From positions 1-45,228 of IMG/VR virus record IMGVR_UViG_3300043473_000123: DNA of 45,228 bases; one strand, 5' to 3'. The notes below the pieces were generated by a model. That model worked only from the letters and a program-made list of their open reading frames with translations. It made no database searches and was not told where the DNA came from. Both the position numbers and the translations under genes were made by a program. Positions 35,705 through 44,630 of the stretch are shown here, one piece after another. The first letter of the stretch is position 1. Each line of letters begins with the position of its first letter. The DNA is from a virus (taxonomy: Duplodnaviria; Caudoviricetes).

Positions 35705-35908
35705 TCAGCCGCGGTTCTCCGGCCCAAACCAGCGCCAAGCAAGAACCCCACAGATAATTATTGCCAAACATATGAATGCGTTAGCTACGAAGTCCTGAAC
35801 GGCAGAGAAATGCCTCATGGCCGCTGAAAGCTCTCTAAGCTCACTGATGGCCGAAATATCTTGCTGGGATATCGATTGAAGGACGGCGGTGCCGTCGCCG
35901 ATTGTCAT
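35705..35908 (-). CDS. Small membrane protein
   Basis: C-terminal TM ANAFICLAIIICGVLAWRWF. Confidence 0.5.
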   Translation of the reverse strand: MTIGDGTAVLQSISQQDISAISELRELSAAMRHFSAVQDFVANAFICLAIIICGVLAWRWFGPENRG

Positions 35909-36144
35909 AACTCCCACCCCATCCGGCGGGCCGTGGCGTGAAGCTCATCGCGCCAGTCGGTATAGGCGATGACGAGCAACATGCCAGAGCTTGCCCCCGC
36001 CATTAGCGCCTTCCATGCGTCGTCTTGAATGCCGAACCATACCCCGAAGGCCAGCGAGAAGAGGCTGCCGGCGAAGTCGCGTAGAATGCCAGCGGATGGC
36101 CGCAGCCGCGGTTCGGGCAAGTCGTCGATGGGCTGGCGGGGCAT
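35905..36144 (-). CDS. Two-TM membrane protein, first gene of the leftward early operon
   Basis: FAGSLFSLAFGVWFG and ALMAGASSGMLLVIAY. Confidence 0.55.
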   Translation of the reverse strand: MPRQPIDDLPEPRLRPSAGILRDFAGSLFSLAFGVWFGIQDDAWKALMAGASSGMLLVIAYTDWRDELHATARRMGWEL

Positions 36145-36178
36145 GGCGGCGGGTTCCCATCGGGGCGGCGATGGGGCA

Positions 36179-36230
36179 ATAGTAAGCCTTCCTTACGCCC
36201 TGTCAACAAGGCAAAGTAAGATTTTCTTAC
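36179..36230 (-). promoter_or_regulatory. PL-like promoter (TTGACA-N16-TACTAT) with two GTAAG-N5-CTTAC operators
   Basis: Palindromes at 36182-36196 and 36216-36230 flank the -35 at 36201-36206. Confidence 0.8.
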
Positions 36231-36326
36231 ACAAGCTGCTGCTAAAATGCCGACGCCGGCCAGAGTGGGTCTGACCGGCGCCTGAACCGGGTGGGTGGCA
36301 CCCGGCGTAGAGGAGGGCCATCGGTG

Positions 36327-36401
36327 ATGAAGCACCGCAAGCCCCGACTGCGGATTATCGTGATCCTGATCCTAAAGATCAAGATCGCGCGCATCCGCTA
36401 G
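36327..36401 (+). CDS. 24-aa basic/hydrophobic peptide MKHRKPRLRIIVILILKIKIARIR
   Basis: AGAGGAGG RBS upstream, hairpin downstream. Confidence 0.45.
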   Translation: MKHRKPRLRIIVILILKIKIARIR

Positions 36402-36443
36402 CCGGCGGGCGCTCGGCCTCACGGTCGGGCGCCTCTCCTCCCT

Positions 36444-36806
36444 TTATGCCCGTGTCCCGGCGCGGCGTTCGTTTCCATCGTCGTTCACGAGCCGGCGCGC
36501 CAGGCTGTCTGCGAGTAAAATGACAACCGCTTGATCACCTTCAGGCAAGGTCCGGAATGTATCGATCAATCGGCTTTCAAGCGGCGATTCCCTAACGTGC
36601 GGGTCGCCCTCTCCGGTGATCAGCCAACGCAAGCCGCACTGCAGAAGATCGGCGAGTGCGCGTAATCGTTTCCCGCGCGGCGTGGTGCCGCCTTTCTTTT
36701 CCCATTGCTGCACCGCTTCACGAGAAATCCCAAAATGATGGCCGACCTGCTCTTGGGTTAGGCCTAGGTGCTCGCGCCGCTCTCTGATTCTTCCCGCCAT
36801 CGTCAT
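36444..36806 (-). CDS. CI-like repressor (XRE HTH, no S24 peptidase domain)
   Basis: RIRERREHLGLTQEQVGHHFGISREAVQQWE...WLITGEG; divergent from the Cro-like gene. Confidence 0.85.
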   Translation of the reverse strand: MTMAGRIRERREHLGLTQEQVGHHFGISREAVQQWEKKGGTTPRGKRLRALADLLQCGLRWLITGEGDPHVRESPLESRLIDTFRTLPEGDQAVVILLADSLARRLVNDDGNERRAGTRA

Positions 36807-36817
36807 GGCGGGAAGGT

Positions 36818-36894
36818 GGAAGCGATGCTTACGCCATCCCACGGAAGAATGCGTAAGAGTGCCCTTGACGGGGGAGGTAAGCAGAACTTACTTT
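36818..36894 (+). promoter_or_regulatory. OR-like operators and PR-like promoter (TTGACG-N18-TACTTT)
   Basis: GTAAGcagaaCTTAC at 36877-36891; GGAAGcgatgCTTAC at 36818-36832; half-site at 36853. Confidence 0.75.
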
Positions 36895-36903
36895 TCCTTC
36901 CGC

Positions 36904-37152
36904 ATGGCGCGCGATCAAAATCTTCTCGACGCAATCCGCCTTGCTGGTGGCGCCAGCAAGGTTGGGGAAGCTCTTGGCATCTCGCGTGAGGCCGTTCAGC
37001 AATGGAGGCGGTGCCCGGCAGAGCGCGTCATCCAGCTTGAGCGGCTGATCGAAAGACAAATCACCAGACATAAACTTCGGCCGGATCTTTATCCCGCCGA
37101 CACCGAAGACTTCCCTCCTTTCGGTTCCGCCTTCGCCACGTCCCGAACTTGA
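36904..37152 (+). CDS. Cro/YdaS-like repressor
   Basis: AIRLAGGASKVGEALGISREAVQQWRRCPAERV...LRPDLY; recognition helix ISREAVQQW identical to that of the CI-like protein. Confidence 0.85.
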   Translation: MARDQNLLDAIRLAGGASKVGEALGISREAVQQWRRCPAERVIQLERLIERQITRHKLRPDLYPADTEDFPPFGSAFATSRT

Positions 37153-37170
37153 CGTGAGAGGCGGCCCGAA

Positions 37171-37584
37171 ATGTCGGAAATCGCATCCAAGAAATCAGAA
37201 ATGACGTTCACCGCCGAAGCCGTCCGGGCCGAGATGCGGCAGCACGTCAGCGCCATCGCGGCCCTGGCGCCGGAGGATAGCCGCAAGGCGGCCCTAACCT
37301 TCGCCGCCAAGCTCCTGCGGTTGCCGGTCGGCCGGGTGAAGTGCCTCTTCTACGGTGAAGCCCGCAGAATCGACGCTCACGAAGCCGACCAGGTGCGGGC
37401 CTACGTTCAGGCAGCTCAACAGCTCATCGATTCAAGGGCGGCTTATGAGAAGCAGCGGGCTGAGTTTGTGGCGTCTGACCTGCGTCTGGATCGCCTGGTT
37501 CCGCGCCCATTGGTATCGGATGAAGTTTCAGCGGCTGCTGAAGCGACAATCGCCCAAAAGCCCCCGCTGAAAGCCGCCGGTTGA
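37171..37584 (+). CDS. CII-position hypothetical DNA-binding protein
   Basis: RVKCLFYGEARRIDAHE; follows cro. Confidence 0.6.
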   Translation: MSEIASKKSEMTFTAEAVRAEMRQHVSAIAALAPEDSRKAALTFAAKLLRLPVGRVKCLFYGEARRIDAHEADQVRAYVQAAQQLIDSRAAYEKQRAEFVASDLRLDRLVPRPLVSDEVSAAAEATIAQKPPLKAAG

Positions 37585-37832
37585 TGGCCGCCGCACCCGA
37601 GACGTTCTGGACCGCGGAGCGCGCCGCCGAACTCACCGCATTGATCGCCCGGGACTTCAGCTATCGGGTGATCGCCGAGCGTCTCGGCTCCACCAAGAAC
37701 GCGGTCATCAGCAAGGCGAAGCGCCTCGGGATCAGGCGGGTTGAAGGGCCGACACCCCGAACCCTCCACGACCGGATGGACGCCGAGCATGCCCGCATGG
37801 ATGCGGTGCTGGCCGAGCGCGCGGCCGGATGA
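37584..37832 (+). CDS. GcrA-like protein (N-terminal HTH only)
   Basis: WTAERAAELTAL...SYRVIAERLGSTKNAVISKAKRLG. Confidence 0.75.
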   Translation: MAAAPETFWTAERAAELTALIARDFSYRVIAERLGSTKNAVISKAKRLGIRRVEGPTPRTLHDRMDAEHARMDAVLAERAAG

Positions 37833-38380
37833 CCGGCCGCACCCCCGCCTGCGAAGACTCCGCCGCCATCGGCGCGCGGCTGCGCGAATTGCAGGCCGAG
37901 CGCATCGCGATGCTCGCCGGCTGCAACTGCCCGAGCAGCGTGCGCGGCGAAAAGCTGCACGTCCCAAGTTGCCCGCTGCGGGCGCCGCCGCAGGCAGCGC
38001 TCGCGCTCGCCGTCGCGATGGAGCGGCTGCGGGCGCGGGCGCGACTGCGCTCGTGCACCTGCGCTCCGAGTGAGGCGCCGCGGCCATGCCCGCATCGATA
38101 CGCACTGTCCGAATGCTGGAGCGCGGCCAACTCATCCGGACCGGACGGGCTCGCAACCCGTGGCAGCAGGCTTCGCCCATCATCGCGTGAGGCAAGCCCC
38201 GGCGAGGATACCGCTGAGGCGCTGCGGGTGCCGCCGGTGCCGTCGCAGATGGTGCTGGCGACGGAAGCCCTGTGGCGAGCGCGGGCGCGGCTGCGCACAC
38301 GGGACGCGGCCGAGCGCTACGTCGAGCACATCGAGCGCGCCATCGCCCAAAAATACGCGAGGCACCGGGTGCTGTCATGA
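37829..38380 (+). CDS. Hypothetical Cys-rich protein
   Basis: Coupled ORF with CNC...H..SCP and CTC..CPH..C. Confidence 0.5.
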   Translation: MTGRTPACEDSAAIGARLRELQAERIAMLAGCNCPSSVRGEKLHVPSCPLRAPPQAALALAVAMERLRARARLRSCTCAPSEAPRPCPHRYALSECWSAANSSGPDGLATRGSRLRPSSREASPGEDTAEALRVPPVPSQMVLATEALWRARARLRTRDAAERYVEHIERAIAQKYARHRVLS

Positions 38381-39027
38381 CGACGCTCGCCGTCCTTACC
38401 GCGCCGACACGCGAGGGCATCAGCCCGGCGCTCTATGACGCGATGTGCCGCGCCATCGACGCCGCCTACGCGGTCGATGAGGTCAAGGATATCCGCGACA
38501 AAGCCAGGGCATTCGAGGTCTACGCGCGGATGGCGCAGAACGTCGAGGCCGAGAGCCGCGCTTGCGAGATACGGCTACGCTCCGAGCGCAAAGCCGGCGC
38601 GCTGCTAAAGGCAATGGCGAAGGCGAAGGCAGGACGCCCGCCAAATAATCCCTCGGCCGACACGAGCAATTCTCGCGGCGCGCCGACGCTGGCCGAGCTT
38701 GGTGTCTCCCACGATCAGTCGTCGCAGTGGCAGCGGCTCGCCGACGTACCCGAAGAACAATTTGAGCAAGCGCTCTCCGACTACATCCACAAGCCGAGCA
38801 CCGCTGGCATCATAGCCGCCGCGACGCCACCGAAGCCCGAGACAGTCCCGGTTGCGGCTGAAGCGCTCTGGCTATGGGGACGCCTCCAAGACTTCGAGCG
38901 CGACGGATTGCTCGACCGCGCGCCGGCTGACGTGCTTCTGACACTCACACCAAAAATGCTCGATCAGGTTCACCGCCTCGCGCCTCGCGTGGCCGCTTGG
39001 CTCGGGCAAATCGGGAGATCGCCATGA
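38377..39027 (+). CDS. Phage hypothetical protein
   Basis: YDAMCRAI..VDEVKDIRDKA..EIRLRSERKAG, PTLAELGVSHDQSSQWQRLA. Confidence 0.7.
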   Translation: MTTLAVLTAPTREGISPALYDAMCRAIDAAYAVDEVKDIRDKARAFEVYARMAQNVEAESRACEIRLRSERKAGALLKAMAKAKAGRPPNNPSADTSNSRGAPTLAELGVSHDQSSQWQRLADVPEEQFEQALSDYIHKPSTAGIIAAATPPKPETVPVAAEALWLWGRLQDFERDGLLDRAPADVLLTLTPKMLDQVHRLAPRVAAWLGQIGRSP

Positions 39028-39467
39028 CCGAGGAGCGCCGTCTTGCCGAGATTATCCAGCGCATCATCGACTCGCGCGGCGACGCTGTTTCGATCAGTCC
39101 GACGTGGGTTGCTGCGGAGGCGATGCAGGAACTCGACCCCGACCGGGTTGCGCCGATGCTCGTTCACGCAGGATGCAATCTGCACCTACGGCAACTCTCC
39201 CGCGCGAGGTTACGCCATAGGTACGAGCCCGACGACGACAAAGCCGGCGACGAGCATGATTTATTTCCGGGCTTGCAGCGGCGCTATCCAACGGCCCGCT
39301 CCGTTCGCGCCGACGAGCCGGAATATGTCCTGCTCGAACACCTGACATTCGCCGACATCGGATTCAACGTAGCGCGCCTGCGAGCCGAGGCCGGCGCGAA
39401 GCTGGCGCACGCCGACGCATTAAAAGCCTACGGCGACGAGCGCTCGGAGCCGGATGCAGCCGAGTGA
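39024..39467 (+). CDS. Hypothetical protein
   Basis: Coupled ORF; DLFPGLQRRYP. Confidence 0.6.
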   Translation: MTEERRLAEIIQRIIDSRGDAVSISPTWVAAEAMQELDPDRVAPMLVHAGCNLHLRQLSRARLRHRYEPDDDKAGDEHDLFPGLQRRYPTARSVRADEPEYVLLEHLTFADIGFNVARLRAEAGAKLAHADALKAYGDERSEPDAAE

Positions 39468-40006
39468 TAATCGCCGGCTGCGACCCCGGCGCCGACGGCG
39501 CGCTCGTCTTCCTCGACGCAGAGACATCCCGCGTCGTCGCGTGCGTCGACATGCCGATGTCAGGCGGCGAATTGCGGGTCCGCGAACTGTGCCTCGACGT
39601 GCTGGCCGCCCTCGACGAGCGTCGCTGCGCCCATCTGTGGATCGAGCGCCAGGCGCCTTTTGCCGGCGGCGCCCGACGCATCGGTGCGTCCAGCGCATTC
39701 AATCTTGGCCAGCGTTACATGGCGATTAAGGCCATCGCCGCCTGCCACGGCTGGCCATACGAAATCGTCAGCGCCGCCAAGTGGAAATCGCACTACCGCA
39801 TCGCGGCGGCAAAAGCATTGGCCATCCACACGGCCGGGCAGCTTATGCCGGAGGATGCCGGCTGGTGGACCGCGCGCCGCGGCCATTGCACCCGCGCCCG
39901 CGCCATCGGCCGCGCGGAAGCTGCGCTGATCGGCCTCTATGGAATCCGCTCGATCCAGGCAGGTGCGACCGCGCTCGCTGCCGCCGCAGCGGGGGCGGCA
40001 GCATGA
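39464..40006 (+). CDS. RuvC-like Holliday junction resolvase
   Basis: IIAGCDPGADGAL, WIER, SAFNLG, AKWK, GRAEAALIG. Confidence 0.85.
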   Translation: MIIAGCDPGADGALVFLDAETSRVVACVDMPMSGGELRVRELCLDVLAALDERRCAHLWIERQAPFAGGARRIGASSAFNLGQRYMAIKAIAACHGWPYEIVSAAKWKSHYRIAAAKALAIHTAGQLMPEDAGWWTARRGHCTRARAIGRAEAALIGLYGIRSIQAGATALAAAAAGAAA

Positions 40007-40148
40007 GCGCCGACCGCGAAAAACTCATATGCATGGCGACGGATGCCTTCCGGCTTTGCGTCGGGCTGCCGCCGCGAAACTTCACACCTTCAGAGATTGC
40101 CGCGTTCATTGCGAACCGGGTCAGCGACGGCGAGGAGAGCGCGCCGCC

Positions 40149-40367
40149 ATGAGCGCCGAGCGCGACCTCGCCGAGGCGATCCACCACGAGATCATCTCGC
40201 CCGAGCGTGTCGATGCTGCTGTCGCGACGTGGCAGCAGAACCCGCAACTCGACGACCGCACCCGCATGTGGATCGTGCTCGCGAACGCATCCGGCCTGTC
40301 GCTCGACGCCGTGCTCGCCCGCCGGCAGAGCGAGGCCGCCCGCGCCGGGCCGTGGGACGAGCCATGA
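40149..40367 (+). CDS. Hypothetical protein
   Basis: ATGA-coupled chain (40003-40152, 40149-40367, 40364-40690). Confidence 0.5.
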   Translation: MSAERDLAEAIHHEIISPERVDAAVATWQQNPQLDDRTRMWIVLANASGLSLDAVLARRQSEAARAGPWDEP

Positions 40368-40690
40368 GCAAGCCAACCCGCGAGGAAATCCTCTGGGTGA
40401 TGCGCGAGCGTGTCGCGCATCTGCTGATCCACCGCGGTCGCGGGCGGATTGCCGCTCGCATCCACGAACTGGAGTGCATGCGTGCCGCGCTGCGGTTGCT
40501 TGAAGCGGCCTGGCCGCGGGAGGGCGCCCTCGATCAATGTCGTTTAGTCGCCGATGCGGATGGCGAGCTGTATTGCGCCACACATAAATCTCTTTTGTGC
40601 GCCCGCGGGCCGTGGGAGGGCGGGCACCACTTCCAGGAAGAAGACGGCTACCCCGGCAGCCTGCTGCCGCCAAAGCCGGGCGAGCCATGA
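40364..40690 (+). CDS. Hypothetical protein
   Basis: ATGA-coupled ORF MSKPTREEILWV... Confidence 0.5.
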   Translation: MSKPTREEILWVMRERVAHLLIHRGRGRIAARIHELECMRAALRLLEAAWPREGALDQCRLVADADGELYCATHKSLLCARGPWEGGHHFQEEDGYPGSLLPPKPGEP

Positions 40691-40774
40691 GCGGCCCCGG
40701 GATGCTCGCCACCCTCCTGCTCGGCGCGATGTTGCTCACGGCCGCCATGCTGCACTGGGCGGGTACATGACCGC

Positions 40775-40954
40775 CTACTGTGCCGCCGCTTCCTGCCCCA
40801 GCAGGGCCAGTGCTGCCGGCACCCAAGGCGGCACCGCACGGTGGCCCATCACCCAGCGGTTCACCGTACCGGGCAAAATGCCGAAGCGGGCCGCAAAGGC
40901 CCGCTGCTCTAGGCCCAGCGCCGCCAGCGCCGCGCGAAACTCAGGCCCGGTCAT
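40775..40954 (-). CDS. Small XRE-like HTH regulator (cassette B), 59 aa
   Basis: Manual translation MTGPEFRAALAALGLEQRAFAARFGILPGTVNRWVMGHRAVPPWVPAALALL; absent from the ORF track. Confidence 0.75.
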   Translation of the reverse strand: MTGPEFRAALAALGLEQRAFAARFGILPGTVNRWVMGHRAVPPWVPAALALLGQEAAAQ

Positions 40955-41145
40955 GTGTGAAACAGCACAAAGCGGCCGATGGCAATGCCGACCGCTACGG
41001 CAGCGGAAATCCCGATCAGCAATTGCACCACAAATTTCCGGTTCTCCATCCGGATCTCCTGCCGCAAGCGCTCAATCTGCGTGGTCATCAGATCAATCCT
41101 CAGTTGCCGCTCTTCGTCGTCGCGGTCAGTCACCCGTTGTTCCAC
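40951..41145 (-). CDS. Small coiled-coil protein with C-terminal TM helix
   Basis: QLRIDLMTTQIERLRQEIRMENRKFVVQLLIGISAAVAVGIAIG. Confidence 0.65.
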   Translation of the reverse strand: MEQRVTDRDDEERQLRIDLMTTQIERLRQEIRMENRKFVVQLLIGISAAVAVGIAIGRFVLFHT

Positions 41146-41450
41146 TCTTTCGGGCAGTCGGCTTGCAGCAGTTCCAGCGTGTCTTCAATGTCGAGGCCAA
41201 TCGCGTCGGACAATTCGTCAACCTCTCCTGCGTCCCGGTAGTTGTATGGCTCGACATCGGTGAACAGCGAGCCAACCCAGCCGCCGCCAACCGAGAACGC
41301 CCGGCCGTCTGTCAGGACTACGCGGCCATTGAGCCAACCGCTAATCGCGGTGTTCTCGGGGGAGCGCAATGGCTCATGCGCTGCGGTGTATTCGTACTGC
41401 GTCTCGGCGATCAACCGCCGCGCCGCCGCCATCTCGATGTTTGTTGCCAT
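41130..41450 (-). CDS. Hypothetical acidic protein, first gene of cassette B
   Basis: AGGAGA RBS upstream. Confidence 0.6.
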   Translation of the reverse strand: MATNIEMAAARRLIAETQYEYTAAHEPLRSPENTAISGWLNGRVVLTDGRAFSVGGGWVGSLFTDVEPYNYRDAGEVDELSDAIGLDIEDTLELLQADCPKEWNNG

Positions 41451-41477
41451 GTGCGTGTCTCCTGGTGTGGTGATCGA

Positions 41478-41531
41478 GACTTAGCCATTGGCACATCGGA
41501 TTGCAAGAGAGAAAATGCGCCAATGGCGCAT
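41478..41531 (-). promoter_or_regulatory. Promoter (TTGCAA-N17-TAAGTC) with palindromes GCCA-N-TGGC
   Basis: gccattggc in the spacer; atgcgccaatggcgcat at 41515-41531. Confidence 0.55.
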
Positions 41532-41548
41532 ATAGCGGTGCTGGCGCC

Positions 41549-42481
41549 ATGAGCGAGCCGGCGCGCGAGGTTCGCGAGATTGTCTCTACCGGGGCGTGGC
41601 TCGATTGGCGTCGCGAGGACATCACCGCATCGCGCTTGCCCGCTCTTTTCGGGCTCAACCCCTATCTCTCCCGCGAGCAGCTCGCCGACATCATGCGCGG
41701 CAGCACGGGCGCCGGCACCGGCAGCGTGCCCGACAGCCCCGCCATGCGCCGCGGCAGAATCCTAGAACCCGCCGTTGCCGCCGCGCTCGCCGAGGAGCGG
41801 CCCGAACTGCCGCCGCTGGTCAAGGCGACCACCTATCACCGCGTGCCGGAATGGCGGCTCGGATGCACGCCGGACTATTGGTGCGGCGACGAGGGGCTCG
41901 TCCAGTGCAAGACGGTATCGCCGCAGCAGTGGCAAGCGTGGCACGGCAAGGTGCCGACCGGGTACGTGATACAGACGCTGTGCGAGATGATGGTCACAGG
42001 CCGCCGCTGGGGCCTCCTGGCGGTGCTCGAAGTCTCCCCGTCATATCCGTTGCACATCGCGGCAGTGCCCCGCCACGAGAAGGCCGAACGCAGCATATTG
42101 AATGCTGTCGCCGCTTGGTGGCGCGCCTTCGACGCAGGCGAACTCCCCGGCACCGCAGCCGGCGCCGCCGAGCTTGAGGCGGCCTTCGACGACGGAAGCT
42201 GGATAGATCTTTCCGCCGACAACGCGCTCCCCGGCATCCTCGACGAGCGCGCTGCGCTGAAGGCGACAACCAGCGACGCCGAGCGGCGGCTGAAAGAACT
42301 CGATTACGAAATCAAAAACCGGATGGGCCGGGCAAGCCGTGGCTGGCTGCCCGGATGGGACATCAGCTTTGGTACCCAGCATCGGCGCGAGGTCTTAATT
42401 CCCGCCAAAGATATGCGGGTCCTGCGCGTCCGCGCTGCCCGTGCCGTCAGCGAGGGCGGCGGCGAGGAGGGCGCGGCGTGA
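41549..42481 (+). CDS. YqaJ/lambda-exonuclease family nuclease
   Basis: WLDWRREDITAS, MRRGRILEP, LGCTPD, LVQCKT, YVIQ. Confidence 0.85.
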   Translation: MSEPAREVREIVSTGAWLDWRREDITASRLPALFGLNPYLSREQLADIMRGSTGAGTGSVPDSPAMRRGRILEPAVAAALAEERPELPPLVKATTYHRVPEWRLGCTPDYWCGDEGLVQCKTVSPQQWQAWHGKVPTGYVIQTLCEMMVTGRRWGLLAVLEVSPSYPLHIAAVPRHEKAERSILNAVAAWWRAFDAGELPGTAAGAAELEAAFDDGSWIDLSADNALPGILDERAALKATTSDAERRLKELDYEIKNRMGRASRGWLPGWDISFGTQHRREVLIPAKDMRVLRVRAARAVSEGGGEEGAA

Positions 42482-42675
42482 GCGGCGCCCAACGCCAACT
42501 GCGCGATGCGGCGCGCGACTTGATCCGGCTCGCCGAGCGCTGCCCGGATCTCTTCCGGCGCGTCCTGCCGCTCAGCGACGAGGACATGACGACGCTGATC
42601 GAGATTGCCGATTTCACGGATGAGGAATCCACCGATGCCGAGTGACGTTGTGCCGATCCGCCAGGGCGGCGACAC

Positions 42676-43134
42676 ATGACACCCGAGAGCTTTGCTGACC
42701 GGATCATGCCAATCCCGTTCTCGGGGTGCTGGATCTGGATGGGTTCGGTAGCTGACAAGCGCGGCTATGGGCTGGTCTACCGCAGCGACAACAAGACCCG
42801 CACCGGAGCACACCGCTATTCGTGGGAGCTGCATCACGGTGAAATTCCTGCCGGCATGCGCGTCTGTCACAAGTGCGATATCCCTTCGTGCGTCAACCCC
42901 GATCATCTGTTTCTTGGCACCGATGTCGATAACATTCAGGACGCCATAACCAAAGGCCGCGCTAATTTCGGCCGCCATCACCGCGACAAAACGCATTGCC
43001 CACAAGGGCATGAATACACGGGACAAAACCTGATTTTGTATCAGGGGAGGCGGTACTGCCGGGCTTGCGGCAGGAAGCAAAACAGCTACGCAAACCAGAG
43101 GGCACGCAATGCCAGACGCTCACATTCCTGCTAA
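42676..43134 (+). CDS. HNH endonuclease (HNH_3-like) with C-terminal Zn-binding domain
   Basis: SGCWIWMG..GYG..AHRYSWELHHG..VCHKCDIPSCVNPDHLFLGT..NIQD; KTHCPQGH..YCRAC. Confidence 0.9.
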   Translation: MTPESFADRIMPIPFSGCWIWMGSVADKRGYGLVYRSDNKTRTGAHRYSWELHHGEIPAGMRVCHKCDIPSCVNPDHLFLGTDVDNIQDAITKGRANFGRHHRDKTHCPQGHEYTGQNLILYQGRRYCRACGRKQNSYANQRARNARRSHSC

Positions 43135-44122
43135 CACATCCGGCGGCGATATACTTGAGCAAGTCATCATTAAAGGTGATTTGGCGAAGCTGACGCCGCA
43201 GGAACGTGTTGCTTTCTATAAAGCCACCTGCGATAGCGTCGGCCTAAACCCGCTCACCCGGCCCCTCGAGTTCATCACACTGTCGGGCCGCCTGGTGCTG
43301 TACGCACGCCGCGACGCCGCCGATCAGCTCCGTAAAATCAACGGCATATCCGTGGAAGTCATCAGCCAAAAGGTGGATGGCGACATGCTGACGGTCCACG
43401 TCCGGGCGCGTGACAAGTCAGGCCGCAGCGACGAGGATTTTGGTGTCGTCAGCATCGCCGGCCTGCGTGGCGAAGCGCGTGCCAACGCGACGCTGAAATG
43501 CATCACAAAGGCAAAGCGACGGGTCACGCTCTCTATCGCCGGGCTGGGTTTTTTGGATGAAACGGAAGTCGATGACATCCCGGCCCGTGAGCGCTCCGCA
43601 GCACCATCCGACACCACCGCCGAGCTCGACCAGTTCGCTGCCGTCACAGGTGAAGCGGAGCCGCCGGAGGAATACGATCTGCGCGCTGAAGGGCACGACG
43701 CCGCAGAGCGCGGAACAGAGCTGTTGCGCGCATGGTATCGCCCGCTGTCACCCGATGAACGCAAGCAAGTGGCACCCTATCTGGAAGAACTCAAAGCCAT
43801 TGCCGCCACCGCTGACGACCCGTTCGGGTTGCCGCCACTCGCACCACCAGAACAGCAACAGGCAGAGCCCCCGAACACTCGGCCTAATGCTGGGCCGGCG
43901 CCGGGTCCATTCCCCTCCGACGCCGGCCAACCCTTTGCAGAAGGCGATGTTTTCAGCCAACTCAACCACGAAGCGCGCGCTGCCACAAAGGAGGGCGTTG
44001 TCGCATTCCGCGCCTGGTGGAAGACCGTCCGGCCCGCCGACAAAGACCTGATCCGGCACTTCCAACCGGATTACGAGAAGCTCGCTGCCGACGCCGACGC
44101 GCAGCGGGGGCTCGCCTTGTGA
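43109..44122 (+). CDS. ssDNA-annealing recombinase (Bet/RecT-like)
   Basis: GDLAKLTPQERVAFY..C..GLNPLT.P, LYA, ANATLKCITKAKRRVTLSIAGLGFLDETE; next to the exonuclease. Confidence 0.75.
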   Translation: MPDAHIPANTSGGDILEQVIIKGDLAKLTPQERVAFYKATCDSVGLNPLTRPLEFITLSGRLVLYARRDAADQLRKINGISVEVISQKVDGDMLTVHVRARDKSGRSDEDFGVVSIAGLRGEARANATLKCITKAKRRVTLSIAGLGFLDETEVDDIPARERSAAPSDTTAELDQFAAVTGEAEPPEEYDLRAEGHDAAERGTELLRAWYRPLSPDERKQVAPYLEELKAIAATADDPFGLPPLAPPEQQQAEPPNTRPNAGPAPGPFPSDAGQPFAEGDVFSQLNHEARAATKEGVVAFRAWWKTVRPADKDLIRHFQPDYEKLAADADAQRGLAL

Positions 44123-44451
44123 CCCCGCAGTCCATCAGGATGCGCATGCATTGCATTGATGCCCGCGTGGAGATCGGCAATGACACAGCAGCATTGACGG
44201 GATGCGACCACGTAATCGTAGACATCCATTGTCATCAGGAACGGCAGGCATTCATGTCGCTTGCCATCGGCCTTCGCCACTACGCTGACGATGCTATAGC
44301 CACCAGCCACGACTTGGGGGCGATACTGACACTGGATTTCACGCAACAGGAAGCTGATGCATTCCTGCGCACGCTTCAACGGCTGACGGGACTTGCGCGC
44401 TGGCACATGGCCCACCCGGCACCCGCATACAGCCGGCAGGATTGCGCGTGA
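44119..44451 (+). CDS. Hypothetical protein
   Basis: GTGA-coupled ORF. Confidence 0.45.
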   Translation: MTPQSIRMRMHCIDARVEIGNDTAALTGCDHVIVDIHCHQERQAFMSLAIGLRHYADDAIATSHDLGAILTLDFTQQEADAFLRTLQRLTGLARWHMAHPAPAYSRQDCA

Positions 44452-44627
44452 CCTGGGCCGAAGCGCTGCGCCACGCGGATGTGCAAATCGCGCTGTGGCA
44501 GCGCGATGGCATCGGCCCGGCGGAGGCGATGGTGGCACTGCACAACGAGGTGCCGGGGCGCTGGCAACAGGTGCGGGAACAACTGGCGGCGTGGGTAATG
44601 CTGCACCGGGACAGATGGGAGGATTGA
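44448..44627 (+). CDS. Hypothetical protein
   Basis: GTGA-coupled ORF before the replication gene. Confidence 0.45.
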   Translation: MTWAEALRHADVQIALWQRDGIGPAEAMVALHNEVPGRWQQVREQLAAWVMLHRDRWED

Positions 44628-44630
44628 ACC

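Noticed and set aside
37443-40826. Long minus-strand ORFs (325 aa, 327 aa)
   Set aside because: Arg/Ala/Pro-rich antisense shadows of the coupled plus-strand early operon in high-GC DNA
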